The translations under genes and the position numbers were made by a program. Under the pieces are notes generated by a model. It worked only from the letters and a program-made list of their open reading frames with translations, had not been told where the DNA came from and did not search any database. 64,000 bases of DNA from a virus. How positions within the stretch are numbered: the first letter of the stretch is position 1; the number at the start of each line of letters is the position of its first letter. The stretch lies in IMG/VR virus record IMGVR_UViG_3300008255_000101, positions 1-64,000 of that record. One strand, 5' to 3'. Below, piece after piece: positions 26,201 to 35,173 of this stretch.

Positions 26201-27428
26201 TATTCGCCTGTCGTATGGACAGATTGATACGGACAGGGTAAGAGTTCAGAATCTCGATGTTGTTCAAGTTCTGGGTAGTTTTTGAATATGCAGGGATGTT
26301 AGGGTTAGTCTCGGAGGCAGGATTGTAGATAGATACCGAGATGTCCGACCACCGCAGACCACCGTCAGTCGTACGCAGGATCATACCGTTGTCGCCCACT
26401 ACCCAACCATCACTAAGGTTCACAAAACGTATGCCCTTCAGATTGTTGGTGACGGTCACTTCTTGCAGAGGCTTAGACGGGTCCGCTGTGGTTATGGGCT
26501 GTACTGTCCAGGTCTGACCACCGTCCAATGTTCTGAGGTATTGACCATTATCTCCCGCGGCCCATCCTATGGATTGGTCGTAGAAGAAAACAGAATTCAG
26601 GTTGTTGGGGGCTCCGTCGCTGTTTAAGACCAAAACAAAGTCGAATCCGTTTTCAGATACCAAGATCGTTCCGTTGTCACCTACGATAACGATGTTACTA
26701 CCACTAATTACTGAGATAGCATTCAGGGAGTCCAATGCGGGGATGGCCAATTGGGTCCAAGTCCCCCCACCGTTGTCAGTCTTGAACAGGGTACCGTTGG
26801 CGCCGGCTAAGTAACCCACGGATGCAGTTAGAAACTTAACGGCATTGATTGCTACCGATGTAGGGGTAGGTTGGGAGAGCCAAGTGACACCACCGTTGTC
26901 GGTCTTCAAAACGATACCATTATCACCCACAGCCCATGCCAGATTCTCACTGACGGCGCAGACGGATTTCAGCACGCCTATCTGGGTAAGATCCGTTGGT
27001 GTGGTGATACCGGTCATTTCGTCACTGACCAAACCTCTCCACACTTCCAAAAATACTCCGTCTACTCTGGATCCCGTAACCAAGGGGTACTCGTCCATGT
27101 TCACCACGTTCACGTTTCCTAGGGTGGTATCCGTGTTGGTTACATGTATGGGCCACCCGTTGACCAAGGCTAGCTCGGGGAGTGGGGAGCTGGGGTTCTG
27201 GGTATAGAAAAAGTTAGGATTACCTGGTTCAGCAAAGTGGGACTTGTAAGAAACCCATCCCGAGCTGTTGTCCACGGTAGTTTTACGAGCAAGGTCCGAA
27301 AGGAGCTGCTGCGCCAGATTGACTTCCGAGTCCAAGGGTGGTTTTCCCTCTTGGAACACCACGCTGTCATAAGAGTAGTTCTCGTTGTCGAAAGTATGGG
27401 ATACGTTTTTTCCTAGATCCTTTGCCAT
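23253..27428 (-). CDS. Baseplate/fibre protein with inserted BNR/YCF48-type beta-propeller
   Basis: Repeated W.VGDNG.IL.T.DGG.TW blades inserted in a scaffold shared with 14444-17632. Confidence 0.75.
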   Translation of the reverse strand: MAKDLGKNVSHTFDNENYSYDSVVFQEGKPPLDSEVNLAQQLLSDLARKTTVDNSSGWVSYKSHFAEPGNPNFFYTQNPSSPLPELALVNGWPIHVTNTDTTLGNVNVVNMDEYPLVTGSRVDGVFLEVWRGLVSDEMTGITTPTDLTQIGVLKSVCAVSENLAWAVGDNGIVLKTDNGGVTWLSQPTPTSVAINAVKFLTASVGYLAGANGTLFKTDNGGGTWTQLAIPALDSLNAISVISGSNIVIVGDNGTILVSENGFDFVLVLNSDGAPNNLNSVFFYDQSIGWAAGDNGQYLRTLDGGQTWTVQPITTADPSKPLQEVTVTNNLKGIRFVNLSDGWVVGDNGMILRTTDGGLRWSDISVSIYNPASETNPNIPAYSKTTQNLNNIEILNSYPVRINLSIRQANIFRSAAYEIGPKNLILTYQDADDFQEHKVTLPLAQYPTDVDLVSAINAVQDADTGEIVFNATLSYTESAYLSHANAATIYGTQSTEIRFSMGDRAWIVGDNGLVLSTQNGGARWVVEDSPTTFNMYGISFTGVDYGWVVGDQGEIARYDASSGLWENQDTDLVKQTQRKVFFEGNNESPADLNLRNDSIHPGIKTETSARTQVQYRIRVVEGVDISSYRDAGLGSSYVFSRGPNASVREAGSYAFDNMGASTGDYGLWRSLCRNTVDGYTYAIPMFLVTRRNQQAYNADTNINGSSIDSIGAIRPDGLTYEDIVQDDILDIRRKTGNVDTSALLGSAFDALMEGSLATSMIREPSKGGQAGSLLTYVDKISQGNLEALANGDINSEAVGGITGFAQGSQQDETGALSLPGFSGPPVTAEFAPLVNGLYNHDPSYYHALYSVTQDGPVGIEGSDIPGYFTGMGTPQAVFVFGETGVYEGEGVNYVVQGAYIDYGSPGLSKIPDSPLQIKNVVQGSPASSYNYYGIDRDVESKVVRRLNGGIPGYTNYVEATATGFGGNVQQNASMFRLHIYQEILANTTEIRIPKNNEGYFVYAVREIRNLVDGGVYKVSSVVDRAGSDTSVLVVNLANTYTIAEGSYIEIIAEITTLETEASGITTQSIGQSTDDRGESIDAYRSPYLSVFDSAIKGVYKSYKCVLLVKSASGSTSVTFPNEKVVGLATMNYLDGNSKPTVWLATNTPYTTVPVDSVEYDSEGYITSITGTAFADGLIIVAVIQEITEFQNAAGNASAIVTYKSRAPQTLGPLPSTLSVEMIDGPSSFVISSQGTGGGIRSSMYKNPLEQIPVADNLSNPSYFFNLYGLELNTFLEEEGYLTMPFRVSRRPSGVLTLSEPSVDRLGRSYYGSASKTMVFKTEGMMLGNPRKLMIPFLVRVRSQITSPALYGEVLMAVVTSYENTSLDNELIAGPDGNAIIALYKVPGMPLIR

Positions 27429-27446
27429 TTTTTATACCCTGTCTCG

Positions 27447-30400
27447 TTAAGCTTCTTCAGCCGAAGCATCCACCCTGATGCTGGCGCTGTCCACTACCAA
27501 TGTTTCAATATTGCTCACCTGAATGTCTCGGGCAAACTCGTTTTCGGGAGCCACGTACGTGTAATACGATGCGCTGTACTCCTTATTCTGGGGAGGGGCT
27601 CCATCAGTGGTGCTCACCAGAATTCTACCGTCCGCCAATATGTAACCTCTCCCTAAAGAAGAAGAAACGTCAAGGGGGCTTGATGCCATAACCAAAGCAG
27701 TGCTGCCTTCGTAGATGGCCCTGAACATATTTGAGGGTCCTCCGTTATCCAGCGTGCCGTAGTTCAGAACGGGTTGGTTGGATACGTAGGAGGTGACACC
27801 TCTGCTTGCGTTGCGGGTATACACCTTGAAGTTAGCGAACCCTATGTAATCCTGTGGAATGAATGATTCGTTCTGCTTCATCATGCGGGTTATGGGGAGA
27901 ACCAGGGTTTTGACCCCCTCAGTATTTTTCACCAAACTGATCACATCGTCCACCATTAGCCCCTGGCCAACGTGAAGGTTGGATATGTAATTCCCCAGGG
28001 TGGTCTGTACTTTATTGGTCACACTGGTTTCTGTGTATCCCCGGCGCCTTATGATCTGGAGGTATATGTCCACGTAGTTCTGAACAGCTCCCTTAACCAC
28101 CACGTCGGCAGTTGCATGCTGGGACTTATCCACGGTGTCCTGTACAGTCTGAAGGGCTTCGTTAACCGTGTACACCACCTTAAGATTCTGAGAATGCTCG
28201 TAGGAAACAAACACTTCGCTACCCGACCGAATCTTGCTGTAGGGCTGCATGTACAAATACGTGTAACCCGCTTGTCCGCCCTTGCCTATGGTGAAGTCCA
28301 AGTCCTTCTCGTAAGTGTCTATACCGTCTTCATCCGAGGAGACTACGATCGCATCAATGTCCACACCCTTCTTTGCCAACCGGAGAGGCTTCGTGCTCAG
28401 AAACACATGAGCTTCAGCAGTAACTGTCCTGGATGACTCAGTGGGGTAACCGTTAAAGAAATTGATGGCCACACCGTCTCTAGCGATGGTGGATTCACCA
28501 TTTTGAAGAGGATCCTCCAGCTTGACCAGCTCGTAGCTTTCCGGAGGTAGTACACCGTCTACATCGCCCGTTACGGACACGATGGATCGGACTGGCTGGT
28601 TCGCCATAACGTAAGTGTTTGACCCCCTGTAGCGATAGTCCACCTCTATGACGTCTAGCGTAGCCATGCCAATCTTAAGATTGGAGGTGTTCTGGGACAG
28701 TTGGACTGTATCCCCATCGCCAAGACCCACTACGGCGCCGGCGGTGTCGTAGTTTTTACCGCGAGTCACGTTGTACACCCGGATAACTTCAAAGATAGGA
28801 GTGGCTGGTGTCACGTTAGAGTTATTGGTGCGGATCCTAAAATTGATGGCATCTTCTACAAAAAACTGTTCCTCGGAACCCTCGCCCGTGGGGCCGGCAT
28901 AGGAGAAAGCTATGATGTCCTGCTTCTCCCCTAGGGTTTCGCTTTGCACGTAGATATCGACCTTACCACCCAAATGCCTCTTGCTGTCAGGATCTATGTC
29001 CCTCATCATCATGGGGTCACCGCCCTTCTCCACGCGAGCTGAGCGTACCCCCGGTACGCCTAGGGTCTTCAATAGATAGCCACCCTCAGTGCCGGTATCC
29101 ACGCCAGCGATCGCTAGCTGTGTTCTGTTGGCAAGGGATAGGTTACTCTCGTTGTTGGTGCCGCCAGTGGTGGGAGACGTATTCTCCACTTGAAATCTAG
29201 GATCGGCGCCCGACACAGCATGGGATATCGTACCTGCGGGTACATTGGCCAAAGAACCAAAAGTGGTGGATATTATGTCGGCCTCAATTTCGTACCGCTT
29301 ATCCACCGTGTTGTAAAAAACGGACCTCTCACCGTAGGGTATTCTTTTGGAACCCGTCACTCTAAAAGTCACGGGAGCGTTTGCATTACCCATTCCTGGA
29401 CCAGTGGCTACAAGGGCCCCGTCGGAAATCAGTAATCCCTCCTCAGGTATGGAGTAGGCGTAGAAGAGGGCCTTTCCCTTAGAGTAGGTGGGGGACAGTC
29501 GAGATATGTTGAAGTTGGAAGCCTTCTTCTCAAAGAAGGAGTCAATGATGTTCTGAACAGCGTCCGCGTTGTTTAGTTTCAGCGCTAACCTAAGCCTTGT
29601 CTTCTTTACGGAAGTCTCCACCGGGTCGGACACACCGTCACCGTTTTCGTCGTCAAACTGCAGTAGGCCCTTGATAGATTCTGTCTGTGCCAAGAAGTCC
29701 TGAATAACGTAATAGTCCGAGTACTCCTCACTGATGGGGTCCAGCAAATCCTTGTAAACGGAAGCGGGCATCTGGTGGGCTTTTTTATTCTTCCCATAGA
29801 TACGCTGCATAAGGGTAACTGTGATCTGGTCACGATTCCTTACGGGTATCTCATTGTACACGGCTGCAAACGTGATGAAGCGAGCACTAATCTCGGGGGA
29901 GAAAGGACTTTCTACCACGGCCCCTACATCGGGATCGTACATCACCGTGGTCATCACAAAATAGAAAGTGGTTGTCTGGTCGTAGTTCTGGTTGGGTAGG
30001 ACCCCCGACCCTGTCAGACGGGCCAGAGCTTCTGAATTCAAATCGAATGAGTACTGGTTAATCTCTTTGTGGTACAAAGTGTTGGTCTTTACGATCACAT
30101 CACCACTTTGCTGCTCAGTTGTACCAAGGTCACTATCGAAAGCTTTGACGCTCGACGGGTTAACCACATAGTCCGTGTTCATCAGACCGTAACCTTGGGT
30201 ACCGCCACCGGCTTCCAGGGACACATAAAAGTTGTAACCTAAGAACTCACCAATGTACCCGTCTAGGTCCACTTCCGAGCAGGTGGGACGCAGAAACGTG
30301 TTGTTACGGTCTACACTGATACCCGTGGGTACGGGGGCAGAGATGGGGAGGTTAACTACGCTAGTGAATATTACTTCCACTTCCGTAGGGTAACTCGTTT

Positions 30401-30725
30401 CACCGGCATCTTCGTTTATGGCGTAGAACTCCACATACAGGGTGCTCCCCACGCTAACTTCATTACTTACCAGTGAACAGTTGAACGACCATGGTAGGGG
30501 CTCACCCACGTTATTCACCGTAGCCAGCGCAAAGGACACGGCCGTATCTAGGATGGGTCCTGAGTACACAGGATCTGCTCCTGTAGCACTATCCACTACA
30601 ACAAAGCGGTAGCCCACCTTGGTCGTGGTGCTGTCAGCTGTTCCCGATATGATCTGGGACAGCGATGAGGTCCGAAAAGAACCTTCAATTGTGGGTACTA
30701 AAACTTCTGGGCTAGAAAGGGCCAT
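27447..30725 (-). CDS. Baseplate J / T4 gp6-like wedge protein
   Basis: GSLANVPAGTI, VENTSPTTGGTNNES...R, GTEGGY..LGVPGV, GKVDIYV. Confidence 0.85.
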   Translation of the reverse strand: MALSSPEVLVPTIEGSFRTSSLSQIISGTADSTTTKVGYRFVVVDSATGADPVYSGPILDTAVSFALATVNNVGEPLPWSFNCSLVSNEVSVGSTLYVEFYAINEDAGETSYPTEVEVIFTSVVNLPISAPVPTGISVDRNNTFLRPTCSEVDLDGYIGEFLGYNFYVSLEAGGGTQGYGLMNTDYVVNPSSVKAFDSDLGTTEQQSGDVIVKTNTLYHKEINQYSFDLNSEALARLTGSGVLPNQNYDQTTTFYFVMTTVMYDPDVGAVVESPFSPEISARFITFAAVYNEIPVRNRDQITVTLMQRIYGKNKKAHQMPASVYKDLLDPISEEYSDYYVIQDFLAQTESIKGLLQFDDENGDGVSDPVETSVKKTRLRLALKLNNADAVQNIIDSFFEKKASNFNISRLSPTYSKGKALFYAYSIPEEGLLISDGALVATGPGMGNANAPVTFRVTGSKRIPYGERSVFYNTVDKRYEIEADIISTTFGSLANVPAGTISHAVSGADPRFQVENTSPTTGGTNNESNLSLANRTQLAIAGVDTGTEGGYLLKTLGVPGVRSARVEKGGDPMMMRDIDPDSKRHLGGKVDIYVQSETLGEKQDIIAFSYAGPTGEGSEEQFFVEDAINFRIRTNNSNVTPATPIFEVIRVYNVTRGKNYDTAGAVVGLGDGDTVQLSQNTSNLKIGMATLDVIEVDYRYRGSNTYVMANQPVRSIVSVTGDVDGVLPPESYELVKLEDPLQNGESTIARDGVAINFFNGYPTESSRTVTAEAHVFLSTKPLRLAKKGVDIDAIVVSSDEDGIDTYEKDLDFTIGKGGQAGYTYLYMQPYSKIRSGSEVFVSYEHSQNLKVVYTVNEALQTVQDTVDKSQHATADVVVKGAVQNYVDIYLQIIRRRGYTETSVTNKVQTTLGNYISNLHVGQGLMVDDVISLVKNTEGVKTLVLPITRMMKQNESFIPQDYIGFANFKVYTRNASRGVTSYVSNQPVLNYGTLDNGGPSNMFRAIYEGSTALVMASSPLDVSSSLGRGYILADGRILVSTTDGAPPQNKEYSASYYTYVAPENEFARDIQVSNIETLVVDSASIRVDASAEEA

Positions 30726-30727
30726 CT

Positions 30728-31468
30728 TTACCTCAACCTAAACTGTGTCAAACTCATTACCTGAGTCATGTCGTACGGTTCCCCACTCTGGCTCGTGTAC
30801 TGAACGTAGACACGAACGATGGAGGGGTCACTAGTGTCCTGAGTCACGTCTACTTTTTCAACGCTGTTCAGGACTTCATCACTGGTTACCAGGGGATTAA
30901 GTGCCTGGTGGGCGAGCTGCTGACTTTTCAAGTTCTCCAGGGAATTTCTAATGTCCGTCTGGATCTCCTGAGCTAGGATGGCGAAATCTGATATCTTGGA
31001 TCCTACTAATTTCTTCAGCTTGGTCCCCACCCACGGATAGTACTTGTTAGTGTTCTTCGTGGTCACTATGGCTTTTTCCACTTCCTGAATCAGAAGGGGC
31101 GCCCCGGTTACTTGCTGGATCTCGTTCCTGTCGTCAAACACCATGTCATCTACAAATTGGGTCCCCAAACACTTGGGGCAATATTGCGACGGGACGTTAT
31201 AGGTTATCTCGTACAACGGTTCTGTGTACATATCTGGATTTTTGAGCTCGATCTTGTGGTACTTGTCTTCGTAGACGGTCGCTTGGCTAAGAACGAATCC
31301 ATAGCTGGCAGGGGACACCAATACCCCAAAGCGTGTCAATTCCAAATTTCTAAGGGAACCCACTGGGTAGGCTGGGTACAGGGACACCCTGTCAGAGTCC
31401 ATGCGGACTCTTTCAAAGATGACCTTGTGGTCACACCTATTTTGGATCTTTATGTCGTTTGTTCCCAT
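30728..31468 (-). CDS. Baseplate gp25/W-like protein with N-terminal extension
   Basis: C-terminal YPWVGT.L...EVLNSVEKVDVTQD.SDPSIVRVYVQY resembles gp25; directly upstream of J. Start at 31468 preferred. Confidence 0.7.
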   Translation of the reverse strand: MGTNDIKIQNRCDHKVIFERVRMDSDRVSLYPAYPVGSLRNLELTRFGVLVSPASYGFVLSQATVYEDKYHKIELKNPDMYTEPLYEITYNVPSQYCPKCLGTQFVDDMVFDDRNEIQQVTGAPLLIQEVEKAIVTTKNTNKYYPWVGTKLKKLVGSKISDFAILAQEIQTDIRNSLENLKSQQLAHQALNPLVTSDEVLNSVEKVDVTQDTSDPSIVRVYVQYTSQSGEPYDMTQVMSLTQFRLR

Positions 31469-31533
31469 CGTACAAAACCATACCGCTGAAGAAGACCACA
31501 GCGAGAAAACACGCCTTCCCAAGGGCTGTGTTG

Positions 31534-31547
31534 GATTAGGAGATTAT
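31534..31547 (-). promoter_or_regulatory. Candidate late promoter motif ATAATCTCCTAATC (copy 2), followed by a hairpin (31508-31532)
   Basis: One of five intergenic copies. Confidence 0.6.
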
Positions 31548-31560
31548 CCTAGGATGGGTA

Positions 31561-32625
31561 CTAACGCAGCTCGTTTAGGAGCTTATTTATCTCCGCCACA
31601 TAGCCCCTGACGGCTGTTTTAGTGTTACTGGCGGCAACGGACGACACCAAGTTGTTGTAGCGGGCCTGGTACTCCTGCTGGCGGGACAGGGGTATGGTGA
31701 TTGACAAACGGAATTTGGCGAGCCTGTCCGTCCTTATGAACTCGGGCTTCTTTAGATATGCTCTACCGAAACCCTGACTCTGCCGGTCTTCCTGTAGGTT
31801 GGCTTCTTTTTCCTGGGCGCTGTTCTGTTCAGCGTTGTTATTCCTGGAGTCCTGTAGGGAATTCCTACTAAGGGGGTTCCGATTGGCGTCACAGTACCTC
31901 AAACTCTTCGGGTATTGCAAGGTTCTCAAGTACTCCTGAAAGTCTTCCACTTTCTTAGCCACGCTAACAGCCGGAACCGACTCCAGTCCCAAAATATCCC
32001 ATAACCCCTTTAAGGTGGAACTCGTTCCGTTTACCGAGGCCTGCACGCCGTCGTTGGTATCATTTTCAATGGTGTAGTCCTTCTCAGCCATATCCCTTTC
32101 AAAATCCCTTACGATGGACTCCTCAGTGGTTATAGAGTCCAGCAGGGAGTTGTTAGCTAGGGAGAAAAAGGCTGCCAGAGCCTTACTCTTGGCAGGTCCT
32201 TCCGAGGCCTTCTTGTTGATTTCCTTCTTAGCGCTCTGTATACTTTTCAGTTTGGTGTTCATGGCCTGAGCCACCTTATTCACCGCTGTCTTTAGTTCCA
32301 CGGATCCAAATATGGAAGCCGTTGGCAGACACTGAAAATCCTGAAGTTTTTTTTCGTCCAAAAACTTGAACTCATCCGGAAAAATTTTGAAGTACCGTGT
32401 GGACAATACCTTGATCTTGGTCTTTATTTCAACAATGGCCGAATCCACAGGTTTAACGGTACCAACGGGGGTCGCCGTCTTTTTGAATGCCAGCTCTATA
32501 CCGGATAGCTTCTTAACCTGGTACTCCGTGAAAATGGCCAGGACGCTGTGCAAACCCGTGAGAGCTGCCTGGGCATCCCTCTCAAGATCTTCTAACCGCT
32601 TGCGTGATAACTCGTAACTAGCCAT
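31561..32625 (-). CDS. Hypothetical coiled-coil protein
   Basis: 354-aa ORF overlapping its neighbour in the baseplate operon. Confidence 0.6.
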   Translation of the reverse strand: MASYELSRKRLEDLERDAQAALTGLHSVLAIFTEYQVKKLSGIELAFKKTATPVGTVKPVDSAIVEIKTKIKVLSTRYFKIFPDEFKFLDEKKLQDFQCLPTASIFGSVELKTAVNKVAQAMNTKLKSIQSAKKEINKKASEGPAKSKALAAFFSLANNSLLDSITTEESIVRDFERDMAEKDYTIENDTNDGVQASVNGTSSTLKGLWDILGLESVPAVSVAKKVEDFQEYLRTLQYPKSLRYCDANRNPLSRNSLQDSRNNNAEQNSAQEKEANLQEDRQSQGFGRAYLKKPEFIRTDRLAKFRLSITIPLSRQQEYQARYNNLVSSVAASNTKTAVRGYVAEINKLLNELR

Positions 32626-33181
32626 TTTCCCGTTCCTCCCCTTTAGCCACAGCCTCTTGCTCGGCCACCAATTTCTTGAGTTCCTCTCTCTTAAGGTTCA
32701 CAATAAGGAAAGCATTCAGTATCTTGTGCTCGTATCTCCGGGCGATGGAGTCCTCACTTTTAAGAGCCAGCAAGGCCTTGTTCACGGCTACGTTAACATC
32801 CTGTTGGGATGGTCGCGTCTGGGGTCTTTGGGTAGGGTCTGAGTAATCCCTAAAGTTTTTGTTCTGGACTCTAGAAGGAGCGTCTGTGCGAGAGTTAATC
32901 CCTAGGTCAGGAAGCGTAGCGTACGGATTCCTAGTGGGCTTACCGTCGTCACCTATGGGGCTCATAGGAACCAAGCCCAAGGTGCGGAGGTAACTTTCTT
33001 CGGCCTTCTTTAGATCTGCAATGTGGTCCAGTCCCATCTGTATCTCATTACGTAGGGTTTCTATCTTCCTCATCCTATCGTGATGGGTGAGATCGATCAT
33101 ACCCATGAGGACCCTGAGGTCCTCAGCGCGGGGAGCCCCCGTATAACTGTTTAACTTGCGAATCATATCAGGACCCTCCAA
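32618..33181 (-). CDS. Hypothetical protein
   Basis: 187-aa ORF overlapping both neighbours. Confidence 0.6.
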   Translation of the reverse strand: MEGPDMIRKLNSYTGAPRAEDLRVLMGMIDLTHHDRMRKIETLRNEIQMGLDHIADLKKAEESYLRTLGLVPMSPIGDDGKPTRNPYATLPDLGINSRTDAPSRVQNKNFRDYSDPTQRPQTRPSQQDVNVAVNKALLALKSEDSIARRYEHKILNAFLIVNLKREELKKLVAEQEAVAKGEERENG

Positions 33182-35039
33182 ACAAACCGGTTAGGAAGCC
33201 CATAATATCTTCGGCGTAACCGAAGTCAGTATCGTCCTCATTCCCAACCTTATCGGCCAGTCCCTTTCTACCCGCAGAAAACTGTGCCTTGGCTGATTCA
33301 AAATTTCCGGCTTTCTTTATCTTGTCCAACTCATCGGATGCTACGTTACCCAACTTATCGAAGCTAGATCCCGTAGGAGCTCCCACTACAAACATGAGAC
33401 CTCCGTAGATGGTACAGTTGTTATCTGTGGCATCCAGGTACTGCCTTAGGTTAGAAGAAAAACCTGCTTGGTTTATGCGACTCTTAAGTCCTGCCACCCC
33501 ACCGCTTTCCGAGGGGATGGTGAGTACCATGGCATTAGCACTGAACTGCAGAGCTTTTAGAGATTCCAAGAATTTTTTAATCTTTTCAAGGAGTACCGTG
33601 AGATCATCCACCCAATCCTGCAGGGTCTCTATAAGTTCTTCGAAATGCTTACTGGAGGATGTAGATACACCCTTCAGCCGGTCAGCCAAACTCTGAACTG
33701 ACCTCAGTAAGGAATCCATTGATTCCCCCAGAAGACCCCTAAGAGTGACGTTGTTCCAATAGGGCGGGTCTCCGCTAGCCTTACCGCGAAGTAAACCGTC
33801 TGGAGTCTCGTAGGTGTTGAGCAGAAGGTCGCTAGGTAAACACGCAGAAGCTTTGGCAGAAGTGTACTGACTTATTACCTCTCCCTCCACTATGGACCCC
33901 GCGGAATCCTTAAATACTGGGACCACCTTATAGAAGTAGATTTCCCCGTCGTACACTTCAAAGTCCACGTACTCCAACTTGTTTTTCTTGCTTTCTTTAA
34001 TGAGTACGGGCTTGCCATTGTTGAAGGCGTAGTCAACGTACTGGGTGATGGTCCTTCCAGCATTGAACGGACTGTCGGCGGGAACCCTTAGCAGATTACC
34101 CTTGTCGTCCAGCTCAGGAGTTCCCTCCTGGGTTTTGCTTCTGTATATGCGGTACCCGTAAATGCCAGGTATGCCCTGTGGAGCACCCCATGAAACTTTT
34201 ATGCCGGGTAGCTTGACACCAGCTGCTGCGGATAGGTAATCGGTGATAGTGTCGTAGGTGCTTGCACTTTGGCCCTCAGTCTCGTAGTATAGACCAGGGG
34301 TGGCGTTTAGGGCTGTGACTGTGGACAGCTTAGAACCTGAATCGTCCCCCTGCAGGAATTTTACAAGAATGGATAGATCCTTTATAACATCCCCTGCATT
34401 GGTGCCCGCAGTTAACAAGAATATCACGGAGCCCAAGTAGTCCCCATCAAAGAACACGGGGCGGTTGGGGTCCTGGCTATTGGTTAGGCTGTGGTTGACC
34501 TTTGCCATCACTTCCTTGAAGCCTCCGCCCGCCGGGGTGCTGGGGTCAAAGGGGGACGTCTCGGGCAGGAGGGGTAGCACATACACACCAGTGGAGGAAA
34601 TACTCACTGCCAATTCTTTGAGCACATCAATGATAGCTTGAATGGCAAAGTTTATAACCACGAACAAACTGTTTGCGTCCGACTGGAAGGCATTGATTAT
34701 TTTACCGGTTATCTTGAGTATCTCAATGGCAGCCTCGATAGTGCCTATCACATCGGATAGTGCGTTCACAGACTTACGCACTATGGGTTTATCCAACGTA
34801 TTACCGAGGGGGTTTATGTTGACCTTACCCAGGTCCCGCCAGGTATCTGTCACCTTAGGTTTACCCGATACCACTTCGGTGGGGGAGTCTCCCGTGCGAG
34901 TGCTTGTGGAGCTAGTGGCTGAGCTGGCCTGTTTAGCTTTAGCCTGCTGGGCTTGGGCCGTAGCCTTAAATACTCCAAGAGGTATAGCCACCTCGGATTT
35001 AAGATTTGGGTCTTGGGGTCTCTTATTAGGAATCGCCAT
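33168..35039 (-). CDS. Structural protein with central FN3-like domain and flanking helical/hydrophobic regions
   Basis: IKVSW..P....GYRIYRS...YVD..V.DGEIYFYKVVPV is FN3-like. Confidence 0.55.
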   Translation of the reverse strand: MAIPNKRPQDPNLKSEVAIPLGVFKATAQAQQAKAKQASSATSSTSTRTGDSPTEVVSGKPKVTDTWRDLGKVNINPLGNTLDKPIVRKSVNALSDVIGTIEAAIEILKITGKIINAFQSDANSLFVVINFAIQAIIDVLKELAVSISSTGVYVLPLLPETSPFDPSTPAGGGFKEVMAKVNHSLTNSQDPNRPVFFDGDYLGSVIFLLTAGTNAGDVIKDLSILVKFLQGDDSGSKLSTVTALNATPGLYYETEGQSASTYDTITDYLSAAAGVKLPGIKVSWGAPQGIPGIYGYRIYRSKTQEGTPELDDKGNLLRVPADSPFNAGRTITQYVDYAFNNGKPVLIKESKKNKLEYVDFEVYDGEIYFYKVVPVFKDSAGSIVEGEVISQYTSAKASACLPSDLLLNTYETPDGLLRGKASGDPPYWNNVTLRGLLGESMDSLLRSVQSLADRLKGVSTSSSKHFEELIETLQDWVDDLTVLLEKIKKFLESLKALQFSANAMVLTIPSESGGVAGLKSRINQAGFSSNLRQYLDATDNNCTIYGGLMFVVGAPTGSSFDKLGNVASDELDKIKKAGNFESAKAQFSAGRKGLADKVGNEDDTDFGYAEDIMGFLTGLFGGS

Positions 35040-35172
35040 TGTGGGCCCTCTTTAGATCGTCGATCTCTTTTTTCTTCCCATCTACGGCACGACCTAATAA
35101 AGAGATTAGATCCTCCAATTTTCCTTGCAAGTCCGTTGGTTGCTGAGCAACCCTTTTCCATTGTGCTCCCAT
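35026..35172 (-). CDS. Small coiled-coil protein (48 aa, MGAQWKRVAQQPTDLQGKLEDLISLLG...)
   Basis: Starts 1 nt after the stop of the 1783-aa gene and overlaps the next start; not in the ORF track. Confidence 0.55.
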   Translation of the reverse strand: MGAQWKRVAQQPTDLQGKLEDLISLLGRAVDGKKKEIDDLKRAHNGDS

Positions 35173-35173
35173 A

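Noticed and set aside
25740-26990. YCF48 photosystem II assembly factor as an auxiliary metabolic gene
   Set aside because: The BNR-type repeats are an insert inside a structural baseplate protein, not a stand-alone gene.
35096-35110. Sixth copy of the late motif (CTAATCTCTTTATT)
   Set aside because: Several mismatches, and it lies inside the 48-aa ORF at 35026-35172.
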